From NCBI GenBank assembly GCA_964057225.1, contig OZ059899.1, forward strand, positions 10,912,001 through 10,976,000: 64,000 nucleotides of DNA, written 5' to 3'. The number at the start of each line of letters is the position of its first letter. Within the stretch, counting starts at the first letter, position 1. Below the pieces are notes generated by a model. The model saw only the letters and a program-made list of their open reading frames with translations, was not told the origin of the DNA and ran no database searches. Positions 48,401 to 57,048 of this stretch are shown one piece after another. Origin of the DNA: Auanema rhodensis (lineage: Eukaryota; Animalia; Nematoda). Both the position numbers and the translations under genes were made by a program.

Positions 48401-51158
48401 AATTTCACGTATACCTCTCGGGAAACAAGAAGAGGTAGAAAGACAAGTCCAAGAAATGCTCGAGCAAGGGATAATAGAACGATCGACATCTTTGTTCAAC
48501 AGCCCTGTCGTTCTCGTTAAGAAAAAAGACGAAACATTCCGTTTCGTTACGGATTTCCGAGCCTTAAATAACGTTACAAGAAAACAAACATATGTGATTC
48601 CTAACATCTCTGATATCATTGACTTAGCGGCTGGATCACAATACTTTTCTAATTTTGATCTTGTTTCTGGCTTTTTCCAAATACCATTATTGAAGAAGGA
48701 TAGACCACTCACATCCTTTACCACCAATAGTGGGACTTATCAATACAGGAGAATGCCTATGGGATTATGTGGTGCGCCACATACCTTTCAAACAGCCGTG
48801 AGATATCTCCAAAGTAAATGTAAATGCCGACTATTTGTCTATTTGGACGATTTACTAGTCATATCAGACAGCGCAGAACAACACCTCGAAGACATCAAAG
48901 AAGTATTACTCGCTGTAGAAAGACTAGGATTTAAGATTAAACTCAAGAAATGTTCATTTGCAAGACCAGAAGTGAAATTTCTCGGACTCATTGTCGGAAG
49001 AGACGGAGTTAAGCCCGATCAACAGAAAGTTTCCGCCATCCGCGATTACCCTGCTCCTCAAACACCCACAGGAGTAAGAGCATTCTTAGGAATGGTCGGA
49101 TTCTTTAGAAAATTTATTAAAGATTTTGCACATATAGCAAGTCCGCTGTATGACCTTACTAAGCTAGACGCAGACTTCAATTGGACTAGCGAATGTCAAC
49201 GTTCACTAGATAAGCTAAAGGAACGACTAATCGAAGCACCGGTACTGAAACCACCACGATCAGACCGAACTTTCATCATTGAAAGTGATGGCAGCAACAT
49301 CGCCATAGGCGCAGTATTACTGCAGCCCGAAGATCCAAACGAACCATTCAAGAACTTACATCCAATTGCTTTCGCAAGTAGGAAATTAGTAAAAGCAGAA
49401 CGTAACTATGCTCCCATAGAGATAGAAGCCTTAGGCTTAGTTTACGCTCTAGCACAGTTTCGAACATACATACTTGGATCACATTCAATTTGCATCACCG
49501 ATCATCGCCCATTGACAAGCTTACTAACTAGAAGAGACCTATTTGGAAGACTAGCAAAGTTCCAATTGGTCATACAGGAATACGATATTGAGATCAAATA
49601 TCGAGAAGGCAGATTAAACAAAGTCTGTGACGCACTCTCTAGATACATTGGAGATGAAGCTAACGATCCAAAGACGTCGAACAAGAAACAAAAGACGAAT
49701 TCGAAAGAGAAAATTGAGACACAACAAGTAAATGTTGTGAAGTTACCAGAATTCAGCTCAATCCAACAAAATACTCCTTGGATCAAGAGAACAATAGCTG
49801 AGATTGAATACAGAACGAAGAAAAATATGATTCAAAATGATCGTTATTGTGTTATAAACAACTTACTCTACACAAAACCAAGCGTCAAAAGACCTCATCC
49901 AGCGTTAATATTGCCATCGGATAGTGATATAATTAACAAAATCATTGAAGAATTTCATGAAGACCCAACAATCGGGGCGCATCAAGGAATCAACAAAACA
50001 AAAGAAGCCATATTACGAAGATTTTCCTGGACTAACATGCAGAACGACATAGCAAAATACGTAAAACAGTGCATCAAATGTGCACAACGAAAGAAAGATC
50101 CTCATGCTATGACCGTACAACCAATGGGTCAATTTAACATACCAACAAAACCATTTGAGAGAATACATATGGATATCATGGGACCATTCCCAACATCAAA
50201 AAGGAACAACAGCTATGTCCTCACAATACAAGACTCTTTCTCCAAATGGGCTACAACTATCGCCATACCAACAATTGTTAGTGAAGTTGTCATTGATAGA
50301 TTCCTCAGAAACTTTGTATATGTCTATGGACCACCGAATCGCTTAATAACAGACCGCGGTTCCAACTTCCTATCAAGGAAATTTGAAGACATGTGCGAAA
50401 AACTCGGTATCAAACATGAATCAACACTCCCACATCAGAAGAATTCCAATGGACAAGTAGAAAGACTTCATAGAACGTTAGAAGAAGGACTAACACATTA
50501 TCTCAACGAAGATGTCACTGATTGGGACATGTTTTTGCCAAAAATTACCTTTGCATTGAACACCACAACGCATGCAACCACAGGAATATCACCATACGTT
50601 GTACTATTCGGGAAAGAAAGCCGTTTGAGATTGGATAAAGATTTATACCCCGAAACAACTGAACCAAAGGAAATTTCAAAGGAGATTGAAAATATTGAGA
50701 AAATCCGAAGCAAACAGAAAACAATCATTCAAGAAAATTTGGAAAAGCATCAAGAATTAGCAAAAAAGAAACATGATGCTCGATTACGCACTCACGAAAG
50801 AGATATACAAGAAGGAGACTGCGTTATGTTAGCTGTGAAAATGCACAAGCCAGGACAAAAGCTTCGGAAAGCTTATGATGGACCATTTGAAGTTATAAAT
50901 GTGAAGGGAAACATGGTTCAAATCAAAAACCTTTTCGGAAAGATTCAAGACGTTCACAAGGACAATCTCAAATTATTTAATCGAGAAACAGATGACGGAA
51001 TCCCACATAAGCCCAGTACACGTACAGACAGCTCAGACGATGACAGCGATATCGAAATCATAGAGGTTATCAACGGAAACAACAACGAGGAAGACTCTTA
51101 TGACGAACCAGAAGACCTTTCGGATACAAATTGGCTACCATCAAGAAAAAACCATTAA
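42429..51158 (+). CDS. Single Gag-Env-Pol polyprotein: capsid, N/Q/R-rich NC, signal peptide, class III-like glycoprotein, TM, aspartic protease, RT, RNase H, integrase
   Basis: Capsid motifs PTYDGSRNF and QGELTIDAY; hydrophobic segment 44106-44180; RPKR 44961-44972; TM 47175-47252; LWDSGS with D at 47511; YLDD 48840-48851; RNase H ESDGS and NYAPIEIEAL; IN HHCC 49956-50081; D(50172), D(50352)-35-E(50460); GPF motif. The true start is uncertain: the frame opens at 42366 and the first ATG is at 43122. Confidence 0.93.
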   Translation: MAKRFHSAVPISTHFDSQDSAPFTRSRARAQDVAILEEEQKVDKKPDNFLIPTTDSVSPTEQLGDPDYVPTIEEELSIIVEEQTPITPKKVRSSNSNKNKKNQNISDASLSLSLTEPTDSPLLSKTSSAGGLSSLRNIVTDLFNLSPKDKTFNTKRKSRYSSVPNINISPIQPPAPNTSIHQTSTPILTTTDSLPKAPNRPIPSTQTTPILETPPITGRTIKIPSTRTNNIMTEAVSSLPGAGKTTIAQALLSPYCPTYDGSRNFRDFTGKFNLFANAIGLVIPERLALLPLLLKNEAAEEAYRQVPEQLKTTGSWNDLIRALTSKLCPEYNQDPALINLQNTTQGELTIDAYAQALRTMALSAFASDDPHKDQILRSTFLRGLKNSLKPAVIRAKPKSFTEAIEAARWEESIVNQTTDTQSMLVNAVNKALAPFARNDERRDSQTFNRNYQRDNQMIRNNQNYQNNQNYQNYQKNKNFSNFNNNRNRYGSFANNNRRTNYNEQDNRQSSSDWHQRNYNFRHNNQRGRFNNNNGQRRVQFKNPRDNSRGRDRSSTRINSVTLSPLTLTVIMAITAAIFLPCASTYQICTRATGGALLMPPTIRKCRLTEKNHVLRTEVHLYTRNHTAHEWDAWRCSEEVHKLCVRDLLFLRDTNRTINRIQPIGERECRQAIRDRKWNNIELQRIDSITQATPEPSYDPARAFNRDACEERSRLILERGVMTRMPDDTILSNLILNTEGCNAHHGNCESSTSIIIWDPQTTASRCNYIDMHTYDAIISQDTILIPSTQSALILSSKPTPKPISSCFRQPAFHTTSGNYIILPKFPNDNNITTLIEREFKKLPFKRPKRAVTEGCSFPLDQDRINEVEDYETVLLHVCPYTFLRPLMSNPGITSIIPIIKGRRLVDPTYSLKAWITSHKEKFEFFFRIQINEHSVRHFLKQYDFSDKEEALLYYIAQRELAITTKAAISYLTSEQLLEQISDRLTVIEFDEIIRKKEGSYRERIESIALNLTNTPVIIEEGLTVPSRQEVLQTFIQMPPIRKRILTDEEEKKSEFIKATINLLRELKTLTTVRWNKTAAFIDDRKFIKLPASRQFMPNTDKLFYDRKNNYGIPIGPHPKLIKPSNLSKKLLLEIFLPLLNNVKTPYTSSRITQEQLQILMAEKNETNFRQIATRTSSVAAGGAASVAAGGAASGAVVTPVQPLIEQKGTIQSVTTIQPHITNNPHTNATTTTRAPSWRQQPSTTAPHTTAATTARTTTSTARSPTTTRSYAIYKDAQIPKIQETTEASPTLIRKNRASSTPSVETSNLVEANARYIATKIDSVQEFRQNISNKIAQDHLQYATTMIQEELQKHFEESYESICEIQNRYLELWKSILQIEPTIAMRTILGREDIAARFVGNEILHIHVCPTVLEKTIYHNHTVNGTCYLETPVWTQDGQLLFAAPGSKDLLPHGKEISCDHVPTDIWSSEGEWKGINGTADVNLVSMWDGLHHEKITPLKFTGAHLYTNLSSRVYSMTTAIAYGASLASIRQNHVLHTIHNDPKISATFSVLKKSSDYISKAQEFTKSTWKSFIDTIAGTIERTLITIGAITLFTIILFVIGFIVKIYFFKPVGIPVMHIALKDHDSDLPTYEETLELVSHPDQPIPRHIMKQYYPSMLTFIPIALPLVCSISKKKDQALPLLWMTVNDRLILTLWDSGSSVSYIRISTLHYLALNDFVKKNTLRATTANGSEFVFIGTIDLTVEIAGYEIDHTFFISDDKDCPSPALIGLDFMKTLDCQNIGMKLRPYKRTLEIGNHVVPLASGINGDINRISKTVNLITLEPRSLLPRQVFNFQVQLENPIGEDLIAMIKPNDNTPLSPRYDTAFRDVNSINIQFRNNSKEFIEIPAGTVIAEAEIGSIPDYEIFSTEQQYDYIPPEADWEGKLPHFPGDFMKELDLKEADLTQRQKDELRNIIRQRKKAFLNEDKKIGLFKGPVEHKIPLRTDMDMPKPRISRIPLGKQEEVERQVQEMLEQGIIERSTSLFNSPVVLVKKKDETFRFVTDFRALNNVTRKQTYVIPNISDIIDLAAGSQYFSNFDLVSGFFQIPLLKKDRPLTSFTTNSGTYQYRRMPMGLCGAPHTFQTAVRYLQSKCKCRLFVYLDDLLVISDSAEQHLEDIKEVLLAVERLGFKIKLKKCSFARPEVKFLGLIVGRDGVKPDQQKVSAIRDYPAPQTPTGVRAFLGMVGFFRKFIKDFAHIASPLYDLTKLDADFNWTSECQRSLDKLKERLIEAPVLKPPRSDRTFIIESDGSNIAIGAVLLQPEDPNEPFKNLHPIAFASRKLVKAERNYAPIEIEALGLVYALAQFRTYILGSHSICITDHRPLTSLLTRRDLFGRLAKFQLVIQEYDIEIKYREGRLNKVCDALSRYIGDEANDPKTSNKKQKTNSKEKIETQQVNVVKLPEFSSIQQNTPWIKRTIAEIEYRTKKNMIQNDRYCVINNLLYTKPSVKRPHPALILPSDSDIINKIIEEFHEDPTIGAHQGINKTKEAILRRFSWTNMQNDIAKYVKQCIKCAQRKKDPHAMTVQPMGQFNIPTKPFERIHMDIMGPFPTSKRNNSYVLTIQDSFSKWATTIAIPTIVSEVVIDRFLRNFVYVYGPPNRLITDRGSNFLSRKFEDMCEKLGIKHESTLPHQKNSNGQVERLHRTLEEGLTHYLNEDVTDWDMFLPKITFALNTTTHATTGISPYVVLFGKESRLRLDKDLYPETTEPKEISKEIENIEKIRSKQKTIIQENLEKHQELAKKKHDARLRTHERDIQEGDCVMLAVKMHKPGQKLRKAYDGPFEVINVKGNMVQIKNLFGKIQDVHKDNLKLFNRETDDGIPHKPSTRTDSSDDDSDIEIIEVINGNNNEEDSYDEPEDLSDTNWLPSRKNH
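44106..47252 (+). other. Env-like glycoprotein region inside the polyprotein (about aa 560-1608)
   Basis: Signal-like segment, Cys-rich ectodomain with NxS/T sequons (NHT, NRT, NIT, NLT, NKT, NGT, NLS), a furin site, a Thr-rich mucin-like stretch, a gB-like C-terminal half (LQY..., ICEIQN, IEPTIAMRTILGREDIAARFVG, CYLETPV) and a C-terminal TM helix. Confidence 0.8.
45954..46011 (+). repeat. GC-rich 24-bp in-frame tandem duplication (SVAAGGAA x2 plus a partial copy)
   Basis: agcgtcgcggcaggcggcgcggct agcgtcgctgcaggcggcgcggct agcggcgcgg. Confidence 0.9.
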
Positions 51159-51840
51159 CTCATGAGATATTATTGTAAATTGTTTTGTAATAACTTTCTT
51201 TAAAGTAATACTAGAACACAAATTTTGTAACGACTCCTCTAAAACAAGTCACTCTTAAGTCAAAAAGTAAACTAGAGCATAATGAACACGGGAAATGTGA
51301 GAAGATAATTCTTTTATCATATAGTTCGAACCTTCCTAATTTCAACTAACTTCCCCATACTAGATGAGATGAAAAATGAAAGACATAGTTTGCAACAATA
51401 TCTGAGCAACAGTCTTCACTTGAGTAATCAATGACTCAATTTGGAAGTTATTTGGTATTACGCAAAACTTTTCTTTTTTTTTCTAAACTCACACAAATTG
51501 AAACAAACAACCGAGCTCTAGCAAAAAAAAAATAGTTAACTTTTTATCTACACTTGTTGGAGCGCTATGCTTAAAAACTTTTTTTTTTATTTTATAAGCA
51601 CGTTCGCCAATAAAACATAGTCTAGTATTCGTTAAAGAGGGTTAAAACTTTCATAATTTGGTTAAAAAATTTTTTTAATTCTTTTCAGATACTGATGTTT
51701 TATATTGTATTATGTTCATATTATAAGAATTTTACGTAAAATATTGTATTGTAACATGTACTTTAATACACACATTAACCCTTCTGCTACAGTTAATCAA
51801 GTCAAAACTTTTGATTGTCGCGAGGACGCGACATAAACTC

Positions 51841-51849
51841 GAAAAAGGG
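51841..51849 (+). promoter_or_regulatory. Polypurine tract
   Basis: GAAAAAGGG lies 2 nt before the second LTR and is preceded by the hairpin TGTCGCG-AGGA-CGCGACA. Confidence 0.7.
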
Positions 51850-51851
51850 CA

Positions 51852-52209
51852 CGTTCCATTCGGATGATCAATGCATTACATTCATATGACGAAGCTGTAG
51901 CAGGCGGGTTAGAGTCAGAGAATGCGAGACTGAGAGAAGACGACCCGCCCTTTTCCATATTACAACACTTCAGCTTTGCCTCAGGGACGATCATGGATGG
52001 TTGGTCGTTCTCTCTCTGTTCTCTATTAGTTTAACCTTTACTTAGTTATATGTATCTTATTGTAATCACGTAGATATAATAAACCAATCTTTCTCGAGTC
52101 TTATGTTTATCCTTATGCTCCATGTTTAACCGCTACATCTGGAATACTACCACGCTCATCTTGTAGACTCCATTGGTCTGTAAGATCGACGCGGGAGCAT
52201 AACGGAACG
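51852..52209 (+). repeat. Second LTR: 3' LTR of copy 1 and 5' LTR of copy 2
   Basis: Identical by eye to 40564-40921 (offset 11288) and again followed by the PBS at 52210-52222. Confidence 0.88.
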
Positions 52210-55200
52210 TGGAGGTTCCACCTCGAACTTATCACAATTTTTTTTTCCTTCTCTTTAATGTTTGTGTTGTTAATTCATTTTCAAATTTCTTTCATCTCTC
52301 TTTTTCTCATACCATCTACTCTATGTCTTAACACAATACGGAGGGGCCAACAACGTTAAATGGGAACAGAGGCAAGGAATCCTTTTTTTTTTAAAGAAGG
52401 ATTATACGTTTCGAGATTATTATTTTCCCGTTTGTTCACAAAAATTCTTTCGTCTGAACCTTTAAATTTCGTATCCTTGCTTATAACATCTGAAATGCTC
52501 TGTTACCCAACCTTGAAGCTTGATGAGGGCTTTAGGCTGAATTAGTGAACAAATTCACCTAAAGTAATTGTTATTTCGTATTTCCCACGCTTTCTCCTTT
52601 TTAAGGATTAATTTTGGCTTCAAGGAAAGAATAACTTCGGTTATATCTTTATATTTCGTGGATGAAGTTTGTTTTGCGATCAGGACTATTTTATTTGGCG
52701 TTACGATTTCGTTCAGACAAATTTTGCTTCTAACATCCTAAATTTATAATCAGTACGCATGAAAAAAATTACACGGGAAACCTCACCAAAAAGGGAGGAT
52801 TGTTAATTTATAGATCGCTATAGTCCGAAAAATCCTGTTGAAAAATGTTATCTCGAATTTGAATCATGATTAACACAGGTCGTGTTGGCTAAAGCATATC
52901 GGTTTGGATTTTCTCCCCTTACTGAATGTCACCTTCCTCATACCGTTATTGTTGTTCAGAAGCATAAGACTCACGCATTGAACCTTATTCCAACTTTAAT
53001 ACTAGTTCTTGTAATATTTAGCCATTTAACTCTGCTTTTATTTCAAAATTCGATTTCTGATCACGAAATACCTACATTCATCATTGCGAAACGCTCTTTT
53101 GTAAAACTAATATTACGAATCCCATGACTTTTGTTACAACGAAACATGCGAGCTACACCAAATGTATTTGAAAACCAGATTGTAAAGAAACAAAAATTAT
53201 TTTTGGTCACAAAAGAGAAATTGGTGCACATTTATTGTTAAACTGCTCTTTTATCAAAAGCATGTTACGAATTACACCATAAGTTTTGTTGCAAGATGAC
53301 ACACCACATGGCCGAGAAACTAGTGTAACAAAACATAAGTTTAGTCAGCATGAGGAAAATGGTTGCATACAAATCAGTAAAATGTGCTGTAATTGAACGA
53401 ATATTACGAATTACACTAAACGTTTTGTAAAATAACAGCTTGGTCACCCCAGATGTTTTGTGAATCAGATTTTCAACTACAGAGAAAATACGGAGAGCAC
53501 CAGAGTCCCGATATCACACAGTAGAAGGCGGATCCATCGCCATTGGCCAAGGCATCGACCTCATTCTCACAAGTTGTCGATACGACACCGGTCGCTCTCC
53601 AAAGCCTTTCTCATTTTGCCTACATCCTCATCCTTATTCACCGCATTCTTTAACGTCTCAACATCCCACACGTTACCAAGCACTCAAGGTTTTTTCAAAC
53701 CAAGAGTTCTAGCAAGGTGGCTAAGAGATTCCATTCAGCCGTACCTATAAGTACGCATTTCGATTCCCAAGACTCAGCTCCCTTTACCAGAAGTCGAGCT
53801 CGAGCTCAAGACGTCGCTATATTAGAAGAGGAGCAGAAAGTCGACAAGAAGCCGGATAATTTCCTTATTCCTACTACTGATTCTGTCTCACCTACTGAAC
53901 AACTAGGCGACCCGGACTACGTACCTACTATAGAAGAAGAACTATCAATCATTGTGGAGGAACAAACACCGATCACTCCTAAAAAGGTACGCTCCTCTAA
54001 TTCTAATAAAAATAAGAAAAATCAAAACATCAGCGACGCTTCTCTCTCTCTCTCACTAACTGAACCAACCGATTCCCCTTTACTTTCAAAAACTTCTAGC
54101 GCGGGTGGGCTTAGTTCTCTTAGAAACATTGTTACTGATCTTTTTAACCTTTCGCCTAAAGATAAAACTTTCAACACCAAGCGCAAAAGCAGATATTCAT
54201 CAGTCCCTAACATTAATATCTCACCAATTCAACCACCTGCACCAAATACCAGTATTCATCAAACTTCTACTCCCATCTTAACAACAACAGACTCACTTCC
54301 TAAGGCACCCAATAGACCTATTCCATCCACGCAAACAACCCCTATTTTGGAGACCCCACCAATAACAGGTAGAACGATCAAAATACCATCTACCCGTACG
54401 AATAACATCATGACGGAAGCTGTTTCCTCACTACCTGGGGCAGGGAAAACAACAATCGCGCAAGCCTTACTTTCGCCTTACTGTCCAACTTACGACGGCA
54501 GTCGTAACTTCCGTGATTTTACGGGTAAATTCAACTTGTTTGCTAATGCCATTGGCCTTGTTATCCCTGAAAGGTTAGCACTTCTTCCTTTGCTTCTCAA
54601 AAATGAAGCAGCAGAAGAAGCTTACAGACAAGTTCCTGAACAACTTAAAACAACTGGTTCGTGGAATGATCTGATTAGAGCACTAACATCGAAGCTCTGC
54701 CCTGAATATAACCAAGACCCTGCACTTATTAACCTTCAAAACACCACGCAAGGGGAATTGACAATTGATGCATACGCCCAAGCATTAAGAACAATGGCAT
54801 TGAGTGCATTTGCATCTGATGACCCACATAAAGATCAAATACTGAGATCAACATTCCTCAGAGGACTTAAAAATTCTCTAAAACCAGCTGTGATCCGAGC
54901 AAAGCCAAAATCCTTCACAGAAGCGATTGAAGCAGCTCGCTGGGAGGAATCGATAGTGAACCAAACAACAGACACGCAATCGATGTTGGTCAACGCTGTG
55001 AACAAAGCACTAGCACCCTTTGCGCGTAATGATGAGAGACGAGATAGCCAAACATTTAATCGCAATTATCAACGCGATAACCAAATGATAAGAAATAATC
55101 AAAATTATCAAAATAATCAAAATTATCAAAATTATCAAAAAAATAAAAACTTTTCTAATTTCAATAATAATCGAAACCGTTACGGTTCTTTCGCTAATAA

Positions 55201-56607
55201 TAATCGCCGTACAAATTATAACGAACAAGATAATAGGCAATCGAGTTCTGATTGGCATCAAAGAAATTATAATTTTCGTCATAACAACCAACGAGGTAGA
55301 TTCAATAACAACAACGGACAAAGAAGAGTTCAATTCAAAAATCCAAGAGACAACTCAAGAGGAAGAGATAGAAGCTCAACAAGAATAAACTCGGTCACCC
55401 TTTCGCCTTTGACGCTCACAGTTATCATGGCAATAACAGCAGCAATATTCTTGCCCTGTGCATCTACATATCAAATCTGTACAAGAGCAACAGGAGGCGC
55501 ATTACTTATGCCACCAACAATCAGAAAATGCAGATTAACAGAGAAAAACCATGTGCTACGTACAGAAGTTCATCTGTACACAAGAAATCACACAGCACAC
55601 GAATGGGATGCGTGGCGTTGTTCAGAGGAAGTACACAAGTTATGCGTACGAGACCTGCTATTCCTCCGCGATACGAACAGAACAATAAATAGAATACAGC
55701 CCATAGGAGAGCGCGAATGCAGACAGGCGATCCGCGATCGCAAGTGGAATAACATAGAACTGCAACGCATTGATAGTATCACCCAAGCAACTCCGGAGCC
55801 CTCCTATGACCCAGCGCGCGCGTTCAACCGCGACGCGTGCGAGGAGCGGTCACGTCTAATATTAGAGCGCGGAGTCATGACCCGTATGCCTGACGATACA
55901 ATATTGTCAAACTTAATATTAAACACGGAAGGATGCAATGCACATCATGGTAATTGTGAATCAAGTACATCAATAATAATATGGGACCCACAAACCACTG
56001 CTTCACGTTGTAATTACATCGATATGCATACATATGACGCTATCATTAGTCAAGATACTATTTTAATCCCTAGTACACAATCGGCACTTATTCTTTCGAG
56101 CAAACCAACTCCGAAACCTATTTCTTCTTGCTTCAGGCAGCCAGCGTTCCATACGACATCAGGAAATTATATCATTCTTCCTAAATTTCCAAACGACAAC
56201 AATATAACCACCCTTATTGAAAGAGAGTTCAAAAAGCTGCCGTTTAAAAGACCAAAACGTGCAGTCACCGAAGGATGTTCTTTCCCACTGGATCAAGATC
56301 GGATCAACGAAGTTGAAGATTATGAAACAGTATTGCTTCACGTCTGTCCATATACTTTCCTAAGACCATTAATGAGTAATCCCGGTATTACTTCAATTAT
56401 TCCTATAATCAAAGGAAGACGTTTAGTAGATCCAACATACTCTCTAAAGGCATGGATAACATCACATAAAGAAAAATTCGAATTTTTCTTCAGAATTCAA
56501 ATAAATGAACATTCTGTTCGACATTTTCTCAAGCAATACGATTTCAGTGATAAAGAAGAAGCTCTGCTATATTATATAGCACAAAGAGAATTAGCCATTA
56601 CTACAAA
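52210..56607 (+). mobile_element. Second, tandem, 3'-truncated copy of the internal region of the Gypsy element
   Basis: Repeats 40922-45319 at offset 11288 and breaks within env at ...ccattactacaaa. Confidence 0.95.
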
Positions 56608-56653
56608 CTACATTCCATTTTTAACATTATACATCTTGACTATCACACATTGA
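53717..56653 (+). pseudogene. Truncated Gag-Env ORF running out into array sequence
   Basis: The translation is identical to the first ~963 aa of the full ORF; the tail NYIPFLTLYILTITH comes from junction filler and array sequence. Confidence 0.88.
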
Positions 56654-56974
56654 GAACAACAGTTGGCAATGTTGGTTGTCACGTCATATTTCATGCAGTT
56701 AGATTTTCAGACACATTAATACCTTTAACCATTCTTCTTATGAGTTTTGTAACGATAGATCGTAATAGGATATGAATTGCTATAATATGAAAAAATACAA
56801 GACATAGTCAACATTGATTTCCCCAAATAGTATCATGTTTGCTTGTTATTCAATTATAACACTTTTTTTTTGATTGTTTTCTTGAAATATTCTTTTTTTT
56901 CTTTAACAAAGTTATGACTGAGATCAAAATTTGAACTTACTTTTGAACAATTAAACAGAAATTTAAAAAATATT

Positions 56975-57048
56975 TGCCGCCAGCAGGGGTCGAACCTGCG
57001 ACCTTGGGCTTATTAGACCCACGCTCTAACCGACTGAGCTATGGCGGC
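56975..57048 (-). tRNA. tRNA-Ile(AAT), first copy right of the LTR element
   Basis: Identical to the consensus copy. Confidence 0.97.

Larger units (their letters stand above)
40564..52209 (+). mobile_element. Full-length Ty3/Gypsy (Metaviridae) LTR retrotransposon / endogenous retrovirus-like element with an env-like domain, 11.6 kb
   Basis: Direct repeats at 40564-40921 and 51852-52209, a PBS, a PPT, and one long ORF with gag and PR-RT-RH-IN order. Confidence 0.95.

Noticed and set aside
42734-50728. Antisense and alternate-frame ORFs within the polyprotein gene and BEL gag
   Set aside because: They are short shadows of the main frame with no independent motifs.
51816-51851. LTR starting at TGTCGCG (51816) with a 5'-truncated first LTR
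   Set aside because: It would place the PPT inside the LTR and has no matching CA end before the PBS. The similarity to the BEL LTR start appears coincidental.
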